Assembly (NCBI GenBank): GCA_951406725.2
Contig: OX597823.1
Span: forward strand, 114,204,001-114,268,000
Direction: 5' to 3'
Length of the DNA stretch: 64,000 nucleotides
From: Octopus vulgaris
Lineage: Eukaryota
Shown here: piece after piece, positions 1 to 12,764 of the stretch
Layout of the letters: each line of letters begins with the position of its first letter
How positions within the stretch are numbered: the stretch's first letter is position 1
The notes under the pieces: generated by a model
Seen by the model: only the letters and a program-made list of their open reading frames with translations
Told to the model about the DNA's origin: nothing
Databases searched by the model: none
Made by a program: the position numbers and the translations under genes

Positions 1-218
1 CCCTATTCACTGTCTTTTGGAACCCAATCTTCATTTATTGGGCAGCTCCGATCGTAGCCTTACATAATGACAGTGTTTACCTGTTTTCTTTGCTTGTTTC
101 TATTTTCGTGGGTCGTAATAGCTATTTTGTCACGTGGTCCACTCTGCTGTCAAGTGGGACACCTGTTGTGTGAGACGCCTTCACCTTCTGCATCAATCAA
201 TTCAGAAATTATTTATAA

Positions 219-735
219 CTTGCAGTATCGCCCGGCGTTGCTCGGGTTTTGTAAGGGAAATAACTATATAAGCATTTTTAGAGAGTTACTTCCCTTATAG
301 ATGCCAATTCGGGCTTTCTTAGCCATTTCTGTTTTGGTGCTTTCAAGCCATGAAGTCGTTGTTCTAAAAGAACGCTGGTCTCCTTGACAACGCATTACGA
401 CGTTGATTTCCTTAAACTCCCTTCCCCACAGCTTCACGAGGAGGGAAGAAGGGGGAGAAGCAAACACAGGTGCAGGTGTTTGAGCGTGGACGCCAACTCC
501 GCCGCCATCGACACACGAAAAATTATGCATTAAAATGGAATAAAAAATTATGTTAAATTATTTTTAAAATCGTAAACTCATCGTAGACGCGCACTAATAG
601 CCAGACGGGCTCGATATTAATCACGACTATAAGATACCCGAATTTGGTTAAACTGTACCGCAAAATGTGGGAGTAGTTAGGAATCTAAATCGAAGGGGAC
701 AGACACTCACACAACTACAGTTTTATATATATAGA
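219..735 (-). mobile_element. Non-autonomous Helitron-like element
   Basis: On the minus strand it starts TC (735-734) and ends CAAG (degenerate CTAG, 222-219). It sits between A and T, with a GC-rich subterminal hairpin gcccggcgttgctcgggt at 230-247. Confidence 0.7.
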
Positions 736-1399
736 TTGCATTTTCCTTCCCACAAGAAATTTTTCCTGACACCCACTTTTTGTTATGAAAATGCAAGCCT
801 TGGCGATTCATGACGTTACAAGCAACACTGTTATTGGAAGATGCTCTTTTCTTCACATTTACCCCTGTTCACTTCATTTCGTGATCTTGGTACTTGTTGT
901 ACCTAAAGTTCTAACAACAACAACTATAAACACAACATTCTCACCATAGTCTTTTTATTTCCCACATCAAATCATATCTAATTTGTTTTTTCTTTTCTTT
1001 TTTCATCACTAGTACATGTACAAAGGGAAAAGGTAACATCACTGCTATATGCTTTCTTTTTATTTTCATTTATCTTTTTATTGATATATCTAAACCTCAA
1101 TCTTTCTGTCTTCTACCCATCGATGTATCTTTATATGTCGGTAGAAACATCGATGAAGTTTTCCCTTGAATAAACACAAACATTCTTTCTTTGTCTCTTT
1201 CTTTCTCTCTCTCTCTCTCCCTCTTCAACCATACCACATTCCCTTCACTAAAGACAGTCTCTCTCTTCTTCCCTGTCTGCTTCACTACCTTCCCCTTTAA
1301 CTTAACAATAATTCACCACTTAACAGCAGCTTTCATTGTTAACTTTCTCTTTTCATGTCTCTCTTCCTTGACACACATTTAACCTTGGCGTATTCGTTT

Positions 1400-1530
1400 C
1401 TACTCTAGGCACAAGGCCCGAAATTTTTGGGGAGGGGGCCAGTCAATTAGGTCGACCTCAGTAGGCAACTGGTACTTAATTTATCGGCCCCGAAAGGATC
1501 AAAGGCAAAGTCTACCTCGGTGGAATTTGA
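1400..1530 (-). mobile_element. SINE family A fragment (tRNA-derived, Meta-like core)
   Basis: Diverged match to the core actggtacttaatttatcgaccccgaaaggatgaaaggcaaagtcgacctcggcggaatttgaa, which is repeated many times in the window. Confidence 0.75.
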
Positions 1531-1839
1531 ATTAGCTTTGGCGTATTAATATGTCAATTGCGGTTGTTATATATTTTTCGTGTTTAACCACCGGTGTTGA
1601 TAGATAAAGTACGACTCCAGGCTGGTATAATTGTCGAAATGTCAGCGTCGTCAGTGATATCTTGCGAATTTTTTTCTACTTTTTATGGTTAGTGGTAGGA
1701 AAAAGAGACATTCGGAGTCCCGTACCCCAAAGATGCCTCGAGGAGCAATGCTCCGCCTGAATCATTATTTCGGCCATATGAATAAGAAAACGAACTGCAT
1801 GAAATGGAATAATTGGTAGCAAACATCTTGGTTTCAAGT

Positions 1840-2030
1840 TAGGCATAAGGCCAGCATGTTTGGGAGAGGAAGTACATGCATTAAATCGACCCCAGTACTC
1901 AAATGGTACTTATTTTATCGACCCTAAGAGGATGAGTGGCAGAGCCAACCACGTGGGTATTTATACCCAGAACATAGAGACGGGTGAAATGCCCCTGAAT
2001 ATCTTGCCCGGCTTGCTAACGATTCTGCCA
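1840..2030 (-). mobile_element. Degenerate SINE family A copy
   Basis: Diverged match to family A core and head. Confidence 0.6.
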
Positions 2031-3943
2031 GAACGATACATATATGTTGTCGTCTAATCGGAGTCTAGACAGAGAATCGTTACAAATCCGTTTTATATCT
2101 TAGAGATCTATATTTTCAGATTGACGCTAATTCAAAGCGGCATGCACAGAAGAAATAGCGCAGCGTCGATGTATCATTACTTTCTGAGCTCACTTCCCAC
2201 CTAGATCAATAAGTACGTGGTTAAGACCTTCTGTTAGCAACGGCGAGGTAGCCAGTTCGGTCACACTGCACTGCTCGATGTAATTGGATATCGTTATTAT
2301 TGTTATTGTCGTGGGTAAGGGAGATAACTGTTCAGCTTTCGGTAATGGGAGGGGAATATATGTGTACAGACAAAGACAAGCTTCGAAAACCTTGTTTAGT
2401 GAGGGGATTTATGTACACTGATATAATCGTGAATTGAAATATGTAAAAGGATAAAAGTTGGTTATGCGTGCATATTAAGACGTGTTCTGTATTTTTCAAT
2501 GAAAAAAGTTGAAAAAGTATGCATATACATGCACATGTTTCTGTGCATGTGTGTGCATATACATTCATTTATGTATATTCATATGCAGCATTATATGTGT
2601 TTTAAGAAAGCCACTGGCGAAAATATTTCATATTGAATAGGAGTGGTTAATTTGGACGCTAGAATTTTGCGTAGCGAGTGAAATGACTTTGCTACTAAGG
2701 AATCACTTCTCGTAAGTTCTGTTAAAGCGACAGAATTCTGCTAAGGGAAGCTAACCTGCTTAAATCGCGTTAAAAGACCAGCATCCAAAGTATGCATGAC
2801 AAAATTAGTTATCCTTGTTTAATAAATGAATTTTCATATCTGATGACAAAATTATTTTGCATTGATTTTCATGTTTCCACCAGAATATTATATTTCTCAT
2901 ATAACCGACACCTTGATTCTGTCGTGTAGAAACCTTATGGGTTCAAGTTACTCCATATAAGGGAAAATATTTTAGATTTCCCTGTTCCATTCATATTATT
3001 TAGAAATATTTCAAATGCATCACTGCACGTAGATAAACGTATATTCTAGTTATAGCGTATCATAAAATCTTTTTGTTTTGTTTTGTTTATTTACTAATGT
3101 CTATTCTTCTCAGTGGTTCGTTATTAAAATGGGTGCCATCAATAAAAACTCTTTGTCAGAGGATAACTTGAAAGTTCTAATACTTAATCCATTTACGAGG
3201 TTTTGAACGAAGGCTGAGCTATCGGTATGTATGTGCATGGGGGGATGTGTTTGCGCGCATGTGTATGCGTGCGTAAGTACGCTTGATTCCAATGAAGAAG
3301 TACTGATTCTATTGAATAATTTTCAGGCATCTCATCTTTTGCATTCTATATTTTAACTTTATAGCGATGATTTAGAACTGGTTTTACATACGAAATATAT
3401 TGTCTGCAAGATATGCTAGTTATATTCACGGCAATTAGAGCTAATCGGCTTATCTGATTTATATCTCCTTCTAAATCGAAAGCCATTTCCAGCATAGAAA
3501 ATTATGAGTTTTAGAATATAAGCATTTCCAGCATTCTTAAAATGTCACCAATTTTTATTAAAACCCAGCGAAGATTAGTCATAGATGCAACGGAAGAAAG
3601 TCTTGCAATTATATTATCAAAGATAAATTCAAATACGTAACGATATCACACATAAATACAAATACACGCAAAAATACATACATAAGCATTATGATAATCG
3701 CAATAAATAACAGGTTTGACCTTTGATCTCTCTTCAATTTAATCAATGGTAACACTGGCTAATTTAATGGAAGTTTAGTTTATAAAGAATTGATACAACG
3801 TACAAAAATCACTTCATGACGTAGATAAGAATAATATCGAATCGACACTAGAGCAATAAATTAGTCCAAAAAGTAGTACATACAACATATATCCTAAACC
3901 CATTCTAGCATATAGCTACCACAAATGATAAGCAAATGTTACC

Positions 3944-4176
3944 TATTTCTTTACTATCCACAAGGGGCTAAACACAGAGGGGACAAACAAGGACAGACAA
4001 ACGGATTACGTCGATTATATCGACTCCAGTACGTAACTGGTACTTATTTAATCGACCCCGAAAATATGAAAGGCAAAGTCGACCTCAGCGGAATTTAAAC
4101 TCAGAACGTAGCGGCAGACTAAATACCGCTAAGCATTTCGCCCGGCGTGCTAACGTTTCTGCCAGCTCACCGCCTT
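3944..4176 (-). mobile_element. SINE family A, full length
   Basis: The reverse complement has a tRNA-like head (ggcggtgagctggcagaaacgttagc...gagtttaaattcc), the shared core and a tail ...ccccttgtggatagtaaagaaatag. Confidence 0.9.
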
Positions 4177-4542
4177 CATCAGCTAATTATACCTGGACAC
4201 TGAAACACAAGATTAAAGTAAACATCAGAATTAGTTGGCCAATCATTAAAAAACCAGCTTCTCATACGCAAATGCAAATACATCGAATCGATATCAAATG
4301 AACCGAGCAGGAAACTTTCAACATAAGTAAGAAGTACATGCCATCAAATAAAATTCTGCTATCAAAGTACCACCACGGTGGACGTTAGTACATTGTGTGT
4401 ACACATGTGTGTGTGTGTATGTATGTGTGTCTGTGTGTGTGTATATGCGTGTGCTTGTCTTGTGTGTGTGTATGTGTGTGCGCGCGTGTATGTATTACTT
4501 CCAATAACACAGAGACAGTAAACTTTAGTATCTAAATCTGCA

Positions 4543-4603
<61 letters not shown>

Positions 4604-4823
4604 TGAGAATAATTAAATCTCAGAATGAGATTGAAACAGTAATCGCTCGATAATGTAAAGTATAGAAGCCATCTTATCATGGCTAACCACATTGGGGAGG
4701 GTGTGTTACTGTAGCTTTATAGCCCCAAGAGATCTTCTTCTCTAGCTGGCTTTAGATACAATATCAGTGTCCTTGGAGCATTTGCAAAGGGAGGCCATCC
4801 CTTCCTCGCAAGCCTGAGTGATA

Positions 4824-4866
4824 CGCTCGAACTAGTTTCGGGATTGTTGTCCCTCGTCAACGGGCG
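4824..4866 (-). ncRNA. Minimal type I hammerhead ribozyme motif (U3 variant)
   Basis: The minus strand reads CGCCCG-UUGACGA-GGGA-CAACAA-UCCC-GAAA-CUAG-UU-CGAGCG. This gives stem I, core, stem II, GAAA, a palindromic ACUAGU stem III and a GUU triplet. Confidence 0.65.
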
Positions 4867-5190
4867 GTAACCACCAGGTCGCGATGAAAGTAAAGGCCTC
4901 TTTGCAAACATATATAAGTTTTTCTAATGGCGTCTGCCACTGATGTCGAAAAACGAACAGTAAGCATAATCTTGGGACTATAAAGCTACAGTAACACCCC
5001 CTCCCCAATGTGGTTAGCCATGATAAGATGGCTTCTATACTTTACATTATCGAGCGATTACTGTTTCAATCTCATTCTGAGATTTAATTATGCTTACTGT
5101 TCGTTTTTCGACATCAGTGGCAGACGCCATTAGATAAACTTATATATGTTTGCAAAGAGGCCTTCAGATTCATCGCGACCTGGTGGTTAC

Positions 5191-5233
5191 CGCCCGTTGA
5201 CGTGGGACAACAATCCCGAAACTAGTTCGAGCG
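5191..5233 (+). ncRNA. Second hammerhead copy with core A9 mutated
   Basis: cgcccg-ttgacgt-ggga-caacaa-tccc-gaaa-ctag-tt-cgagcg; identical to the first copy except for the A9-to-U change. Confidence 0.55.
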
Positions 5234-5403
5234 TATCACTCAGGCTTGCGAGGAAGGGATGGCCTCCCTTTGCAAATACTCCAAGGATACTGATATTGTG
5301 TTTAGAGCCCGCTAGAGACGAAGATCTCTTGGGGCTATAAAGCTACAGTAACATCCACTCCCCAATGTGGTTAGCCATGATAAGATGGCTTCTATACTTT
5401 ACG

Positions 5404-5458
<55 letters not shown>

Positions 5459-5892
5459 GCTTATATATCGTATTAAACTTTATGCCATGTCAGTAACCAG
5501 TAACAATGAAAGTAATCCTTTTATAAATTGAACAATACTTTTATCAGTTAATAAATTCTCAGGTATATGATATCTCGAGCACCAACGTATCCACAGACAT
5601 ATTTATTTTATTAATACCTTCCTTATATTAGAATTTAAATGTGTTTTCCCTTTTAGAGATCTTTTTCTTCGGTAGGTGATTTTTTAGGTGTTGAAACTGA
5701 AGCAGTTATATGGCGGAAGGTTTATTTTCACCTATAAGACACTAAGATATGTATGTTTATTTTTTTGCATATTTCATAAGGTGTCGCATCATTCAAAAAT
5801 AATAACTGACATAGCTCCAATGCAATGGTTTAAAAATTGTTTTTTTACCATTTAGTTATTTCCCATGTTACCCATACAAATTATGAGTCCAT

Positions 5893-5999
<107 letters not shown>

Positions 6000-7311
6000 T
6001 GACTTCTTGGCATAGGCAGCCATTGTCACTTCTAGTTTTTATTCTGCAGTCTGTTTACCGACTTCTTGATAGTATCATTACCATTCGTCTTTCATTGCTC
6101 CTTTCGTTTTCCTCCTTTATTTCCTCTTTATCTCCTTGGATTTCTATTTTTTAATTTATTATCTCAAATACATCGGCATAAACTCAAAAGATACCTGTAT
6201 ATATCCTTATAAATCCACAACCATTCTTAACAAAAATATCAGTTACAATGAACCAATATTTGAATAATTCACAAGAGAAACTTTACGTCGTTCTAAAACG
6301 AACAGCACACAGAGCATATTCACTCATTCCGGTTCAGAATGAAAAGAAATTCCACTACACTGCCTCGTTCTCTTTTAAAACAGCTGCTCCACTATCTCAG
6401 CGTATCTTATATTTATTGCTCTGCCTCGGAGGTAAATCTATATTTTTGCTCAATTTTTTACATACTGAACAAAATGCAAGAAGGTAGTATCGAACTGGAA
6501 ACAAAGAAATATGCCTGATGTAAGTAACGCCTCACCTAAAAAGAGTAATAAACCTGGATATTGATACCTAGGGTACTCCGCCACTATTTCTTACAGGCCA
6601 TGTAAGCAGAAATAGGATGCTCGTTAGCTGCTTCATTAGCACTCTCATTAGCTCCTACGATGGCTCGCGTGATGTCGGTTATACTATGAAGTAATACGGA
6701 TTAAGATTATAAAACAATAATATATAGTATCTAATATAATTTCAAAATGAAAGTGCATTTAAATAAAAATAGAAAAAAATGAGTTAATAGCAACAAGATG
6801 GGAGCAAAAGCAGCAATGAACAAACAATGATATTATGCAAAAAGAGAAGAAATCAACGTATCAACTTACCAACCAAAAGAAGTATAAAAACTCAGAACAA
6901 CATTTACATAAAAGCGCCAAAAGATAAATCGAACGATAAAGAGAGAATGAAGTATATGAGAAGAAATTAAAACTGGAAATCCAATTAAAGTTTTGTTTAA
7001 GACAAGAGAAAACAACGAGGTAAATTAAAACAGTATTTTATACAAAAAACACATACAAGAATATTACATAATAGCAGAATGGAAAAGAAAGGAGTCATTA
7101 AATGTTGTCATTGACTCGTGATAAGCGGCTTTATCTAAATCACATAAAAAAAGTTTGAAATATCAAATTGTGACTTAAAACAAGATTCTTAATGAGATAA
7201 AAGCTCTCTTTCTTTCCTCGTCCCTCCCCTGACTTCCCCTACCACAGCACTTCTCAATGTGTTTTCGTTGTGTGTGTGTGTATGTGTGTGTATGTATGTA
7301 TGTGTATGTAA

Positions 7312-7345
<34 letters not shown>

Positions 7346-8230
7346 ATAACCAATTGGTTGCTCAATTCATTTCTCGGCATTTAAATAAATCACCTAAAAA
7401 GCAAATTTATAATTTTAGAAAAACAAGATAAATAATAATAATAATAATAATAATAATACGAATAACAAGAAATCGCCGTAATAATACAAAATCATGAACT
7501 TCATTATTATATACCTATGTGCGTGTTTGTGTGTGTATCTGTGTGTGTGCATGTCTGTGTGTGCGTGTTTGCGTATGTATATGCATGTGTGTGTGCACAT
7601 ACAAACATACACACATACATACAATATATATATAAATATGTGGGTGTATGTATATACGAGTGTATGTATATATATATTTACATAAACATGCAATACTCGC
7701 ATAGAAACATGTGTGTACATATATATATGTGTGTGTTTGTTTGTGTTTGTATAATATGTGTACATTCTGAAATAAAGTATACGTATGGATATATGTAAAT
7801 TAGTATGTATGCACGCATGTATGTATGTATTTATGTTTGTATGCGTGCACATAATCAATGGTATAATTTATACGTAAACAGTATTTGTGTGCTTTACTAA
7901 CGAATACGGATCTGTTTTATTGGATAACACTTCGTATTTCACGGCTTCTTGAGCGTCAGGATATAAACTATCTTGAACAGGTCATCAATGATTATAGGAG
8001 GTAGGACCAGTTGAAGGAAATGGGGTGGAGAAATACAGACGAGGAAAATGAAAGAGCGAGGGATTGCGGTGGGAAAAAATCGTGCAGTTTGTAAAGAAAG
8101 AAGACGGGAGAGAAGCTGCGTTCGGAGAGTAGGAAACAGAGAGAAAGAATATAGTAGAATGGAAACACACCTATACACACGCACACACACGCTCTCATAC
8201 ACACATGCACACTTAAATATATATTATATA

Positions 8231-8525
8231 TGCCGCCTGACTGCAGGCCGTGTCGGTGACACGTAAAAGCCCCAACCGATCGTGGCCGTTTGCCAGTCTC
8301 CTCTGGTCCCCTGTGCCGGTGGAACGAAAAAAGCAACCACTACACTCACGGAATGGTTGGCGTTAGGAAGGGCATACAGTTGTAGAAACACTGCCAGATC
8401 AGACTGGAGCCTGATGCAGCCTCCTGGCTTCCCAGGACCCGGTCGAACCGTTCAACGCATGCTAGCATGGAAAACGGACGTTAAATGACGACGACGAGGA
8501 TGATGATAATGATGATGATGATGCT
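8231..8525 (+). mobile_element. SINE/RTE-related repeat 3' part with (GAT)n tail
   Basis: GC-rich island containing ggttggcgttaggaagggcat, ending ggacgttaaatgacgacgac(gat)n. Confidence 0.6.
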
Positions 8526-8544
8526 GTACATGGCAAATGAAAGA

Positions 8545-9150
8545 CGGAAGATGGAATATACGATAATTTATTAATCACTACAATTGTTTCGACACATCTA
8601 CCGTCAATCCCTTATGGGTAGGACACTCAATTGGTTCAGGAGCGTCCAGTGGTGCAAATGTATCTTGTCGAGTGATAAATAGATACAACTCTTTAAAATA
8701 ACAGTTCAGCAATGCGACTTCTCGCTTTGTAGAAAGAAAGGCAGCTAGACGGATGAAATATCTTCATTTATACGGAAGATCAAAAATAAAATTTTAGATG
8801 GAAAATAGAGAAACGAACAAGCAATACAGCAACAAAAGAATTAAAAATAACCGTTAACAAATATGGATGTATAAACGCTCTTGGTATCAAGGTATAGGAA
8901 GAAAGTCAGCTACAAGTAATTCATAGTAAATATATCAAAAACCTTTCAGGAACAATAGTGGTTTACTGAGACGGAAGGTTGTGATTTTTTTTTCTTTTCG
9001 TATCGAAGAACGATATGCTGAAAAGCTCTTGTTTATGTTCCACGACAGGCGACCACGGTTGTCGGGTGTATTGAAACTTCCATGTACATCCTTGCGACAA
9101 TATAACCTTTAATTTTATTAAGATATACTTGGCCTGAGAGTAGCCGGCAG
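8545..9150 (-). mobile_element. Penelope-like element 3' remnant (decayed GIY-YIG region plus pLTR with degenerate hammerhead)
   Basis: Hammerhead-like fold at 8574-8676. Upstream on the minus strand is a decayed C-x-GC...HKQ pattern resembling Penelope GIY-YIG. Confidence 0.5.
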
Positions 9151-9377
9151 TATAGACCTCGCTTCGATTTTTACCCCTTCTGAGGTTCCACCCGCTATGA
9201 AGCCTACATAGCCCGGATCTTACCTACTCAATTTCGTAACGGTTGTATATATAATTGTGTCAAAATGTTATCAGAGTTAGTGAGAGTAATTCATACCATT
9301 CCTCTTTCACAGTTCAAATATCACTACAGTTGATTCATCCTTTCAGATGACCCGATTCAGTGGAATACCAACCACTA

Positions 9378-9793
9378 TTTTATTTCTTTATTGCCCACAA
9401 GGGGCTAAACATAGAGAGGACAAACAAGGACAGACAAAGGGATTAAGCCGATTGCATCGACTCCAGTGCGCAACTGGTACTTATTTAATCGACCCCGAAA
9501 AGATGAAAGGCAAAGTCGACCTCGGCGGAATTAGAACTCAGAACGTAACGGCAGACGAAATACCTATTTCTTTACTACCCACAAGGGGCTAAACACCGAG
9601 AGGACAAACAAGGACAGACAAACGGATTAAGTCGATTATATCGACCCCAGTGCGCAACTGGTACTTATTTAATCGACCCCGAAATGATGAAAGGCAAAGT
9701 TGACCTCGGCAGAATTTGAACTCAGAACGTAACGGCAGACGAAATACGGCTACTCATTTCGCCCGGCGTGCTGTTTCTGCCAGCTTCCCGCCC
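9378..9793 (-). mobile_element. SINE family A tandem partial dimer
   Basis: A full copy at about 9563-9793 is joined head-to-tail to a 5'-truncated copy at about 9378-9562. Confidence 0.88.
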
Positions 9794-11235
9794 TCACTGA
9801 TTTGCAGGAGTTTGGTGGATTGACAGAAACTTTCTAAGGGTGAAATCCTACTGAAATAAATATTTGCCGTTCTCTTATGAATATTGTCAAATTAAAGTAC
9901 CAGTGAATTACTCTGGTCCTCTTTTACTACTCATTTAACGTCTTAAGAATCATCATGGAAATGTCTAAGAGTAAAAAATGAGCGGAATTAACAGAGCGTC
10001 ATGCAAAATACCTTGTGGTATTTAGTTATATCCCTTTACATTTCAGGCTGCCCCACTCCGTTCAGTATTTGACCGCCTGTGTTTTCACTCCGATAACTAA
10101 ATTTCCTTTACTCGTCATGTTGTATGGTCAATAACAGCGTCTCAACAGCTCATGTATAGGGTCTGTCTTCTCCCCTTTTCATAAGAATCAACAATGTCAT
10201 CGATTTAACAGTAAGTCTACATAACCGGTTAGCAGAATATGCCATATTTTTTTTAAAATTATAGTCTAATCTAACATATTTTATTTAACTTTAAATACCC
10301 TAATGAAAATCACGAAATTTCCTGAAAATCCTTCTCTGCCTTCTGTGTATATATTATCGTGTGATTTATGGAAAATAAACGGAAAGTTTGATAAATCAAG
10401 CCAGCTCACCTACGCAGAAACGGTCACAGTTGGGAGATGGGCATATTCTGTTACAATGTACTTGGCAAGTATTTTATCTTTATCCACAAAGAGAAGGTCC
10501 AATTCCATTCCGAGATTATTCGAACACAAATATACGCAAATACAATTTGCTTCACATTTTCCTTTCATTCCTAAGTGTATAGCTGGTGTATATGACACCA
10601 AGCGTGATGTCACACACTCCCTTGCTGTATATCATACTATTAATGGTTAATTCGTGAATTCTAAGCAGTACATAAGTTTTTGTGATTTGGGAATGCGATT
10701 TAAATATGAATGCACTGATGCTGGAATACAGCGCAATTTCATTTTGACGCAATTCTTATGTTGCGGTCACCCCGATCTCAGAGGAGATACGGCTTGTTGC
10801 TCAGCATATATTGATATATAAATGGTTAAGAATATTGATTACATGTATAAGTTAAATCGCATAAATTAGTAGAAAAATTGCCCCCATTTCCGTTTAGAGA
10901 AACGATTCTTGACCTGCTAGATATAGCAGCAAAATATCCCTCAAATTATACGTTAGTGTCTGAAAAACAAAGTGGTGTATGTTAGGGATTGTAGTTTTAG
11001 ATATACTATACATAAAAAAAGAGAGCAACAAAAAGAAAGGATGGTGATTGAGAAAGTTCTTTGAGCAGAAATCTGGTCAACCAAGGTTGACGAGGACCAC
11101 AACAGCAAAATATGACACTTATTAAACAACCGTGGTATGATGAAAGACAAAATAAACCATGAAGGAATTTGAAATATATAAAGACGTAGAACAGCGTAAA
11201 ATATAGCATTCTTCTCTATTTATCTTCCTGTCTGT

Positions 11236-11272
<37 letters not shown>

Positions 11273-12725
11273 ACCCACTATGTCTGTTTGCCTGTCTGCT
11301 TCTCTCTCACTCTCTCTCTCTATCTCTTTCTCTAACTTCGTCTATTTCATTGCTCTAATGATAATTTTTCGTAATATTTGTGCATATACATAAATGCGAA
11401 CCGTGACATTCTGTGCTGCTGTAAATGCATTTAATAAATCTGCAACATTTGTCTAATATCCATTCTTCTGTCCAACTGTTTATATTACTACCATATTCTT
11501 CGGTACACATTTTTACATAAAATACTATTGAAAACATGGACGTCTTTCATGACATGTTCTGATCCAGCAGTTCACTCTTTTCACCTATTCGAAGATATTT
11601 CAGGAAAATATTCATACTAATGCTAAAGCTATGTTTGGCTAACTCCCAGATGTTCTGAAGAACCATTCATTTAGAATATCAATTCCTACCATATTCATCC
11701 ATATTCATTGAAGTGAATATCTTCTCTCTTGCATACACACACACACTAGCTATCTTTTATTATTTTTTTCCTTATAACTCCACTTTCCTGTTGCTCCTTC
11801 TCTTATTCGAATACCATATTTGTTACTCTATGTCTTTCTTACTTCTCTTTCTCTCCCTCTCTCTCATTTATTTCTCTGTCTCTACCTCTCCCTGTCTCTC
11901 TCTTTCTCTCTTTTTTCCTTCTTTCTCAACCCCTGTAAATCATATGCTGATTCCTGATATGAGGCCAAATTCCACTAACTTGCTAAGTGAAGTCTTTGTT
12001 CCATCACTTGGCTCTCTTTCGAATTATCATTGAGCGCCTCATATTGTATTCATTGAAGATATCCAAAAAGCGTAAATCTTTAAACTAAATGTACATATTT
12101 ACGTGTATATCTGTCTGTATGTCTTTGAATATGTGTCTGCGTCCTATGTCTGTTTGCGGCTGCCTTACTGTGTGAGTATCTTCGTGTGAGTGTGCGTGCT
12201 ATTGTTTGTGTCTTGCTTTTCATATTACGCATTATTTTTCTATAAGTATGCAACTGTGTTTTTATAAAATACAACCGTGAACAGAAAAATGCTTCAACTG
12301 TTTCAAACGGATGGGTTTCAATTCTTTATTGGCATAAAGGGGCAGGATATAACTGCCCATGAAGATTTAAAATTAGAGATCATTTACCAATATACTGTTA
12401 TTTAATTAATTTTGAATTACACAGAGTCGGTTGAAATATATGGATTTAGTGTGGTACCAAAACAAAAGACGCTGGCATGAGAAGCGCGAATTTGTGTCAC
12501 GAGCCTTCAAAATACAGCCTCATGAACGATCAGTGTTAGTTGTATGAAACCCGGAACGAGTAACAACACGCAGAACCTCACCACGAAGGAACTCTGAACA
12601 ATGTTATATAATTACAAATACACACACTAATACACAAACATACAGGTAAAAAACACACACTCACACACACATACACACACACATACACACACACATACAC
12701 ACACACATACACACACATACACACG

Positions 12726-12763
<38 letters not shown>

Positions 12764-12764
12764 C

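Larger units (their letters stand above)
4609..5402. mobile_element. Inverted plus tandem 357-bp non-coding element with hammerhead motif (Penelope pLTR or retrozyme-like)
   Basis: 4971-5402 is a tandem repeat with period 357 (cttggg..ctataaagctacag at 4971 and 5328). 4609-4970 is one full monomer in reverse orientation. The unit is flanked by (GA)n and (TA)n. Confidence 0.8.

Noticed and set aside
4717-5340. Twin 64-aa ORFs MFAKRP...
   Set aside because: They are duplicated only because the repeat unit is duplicated; no recognisable domain, and they overlap the structured RNA.
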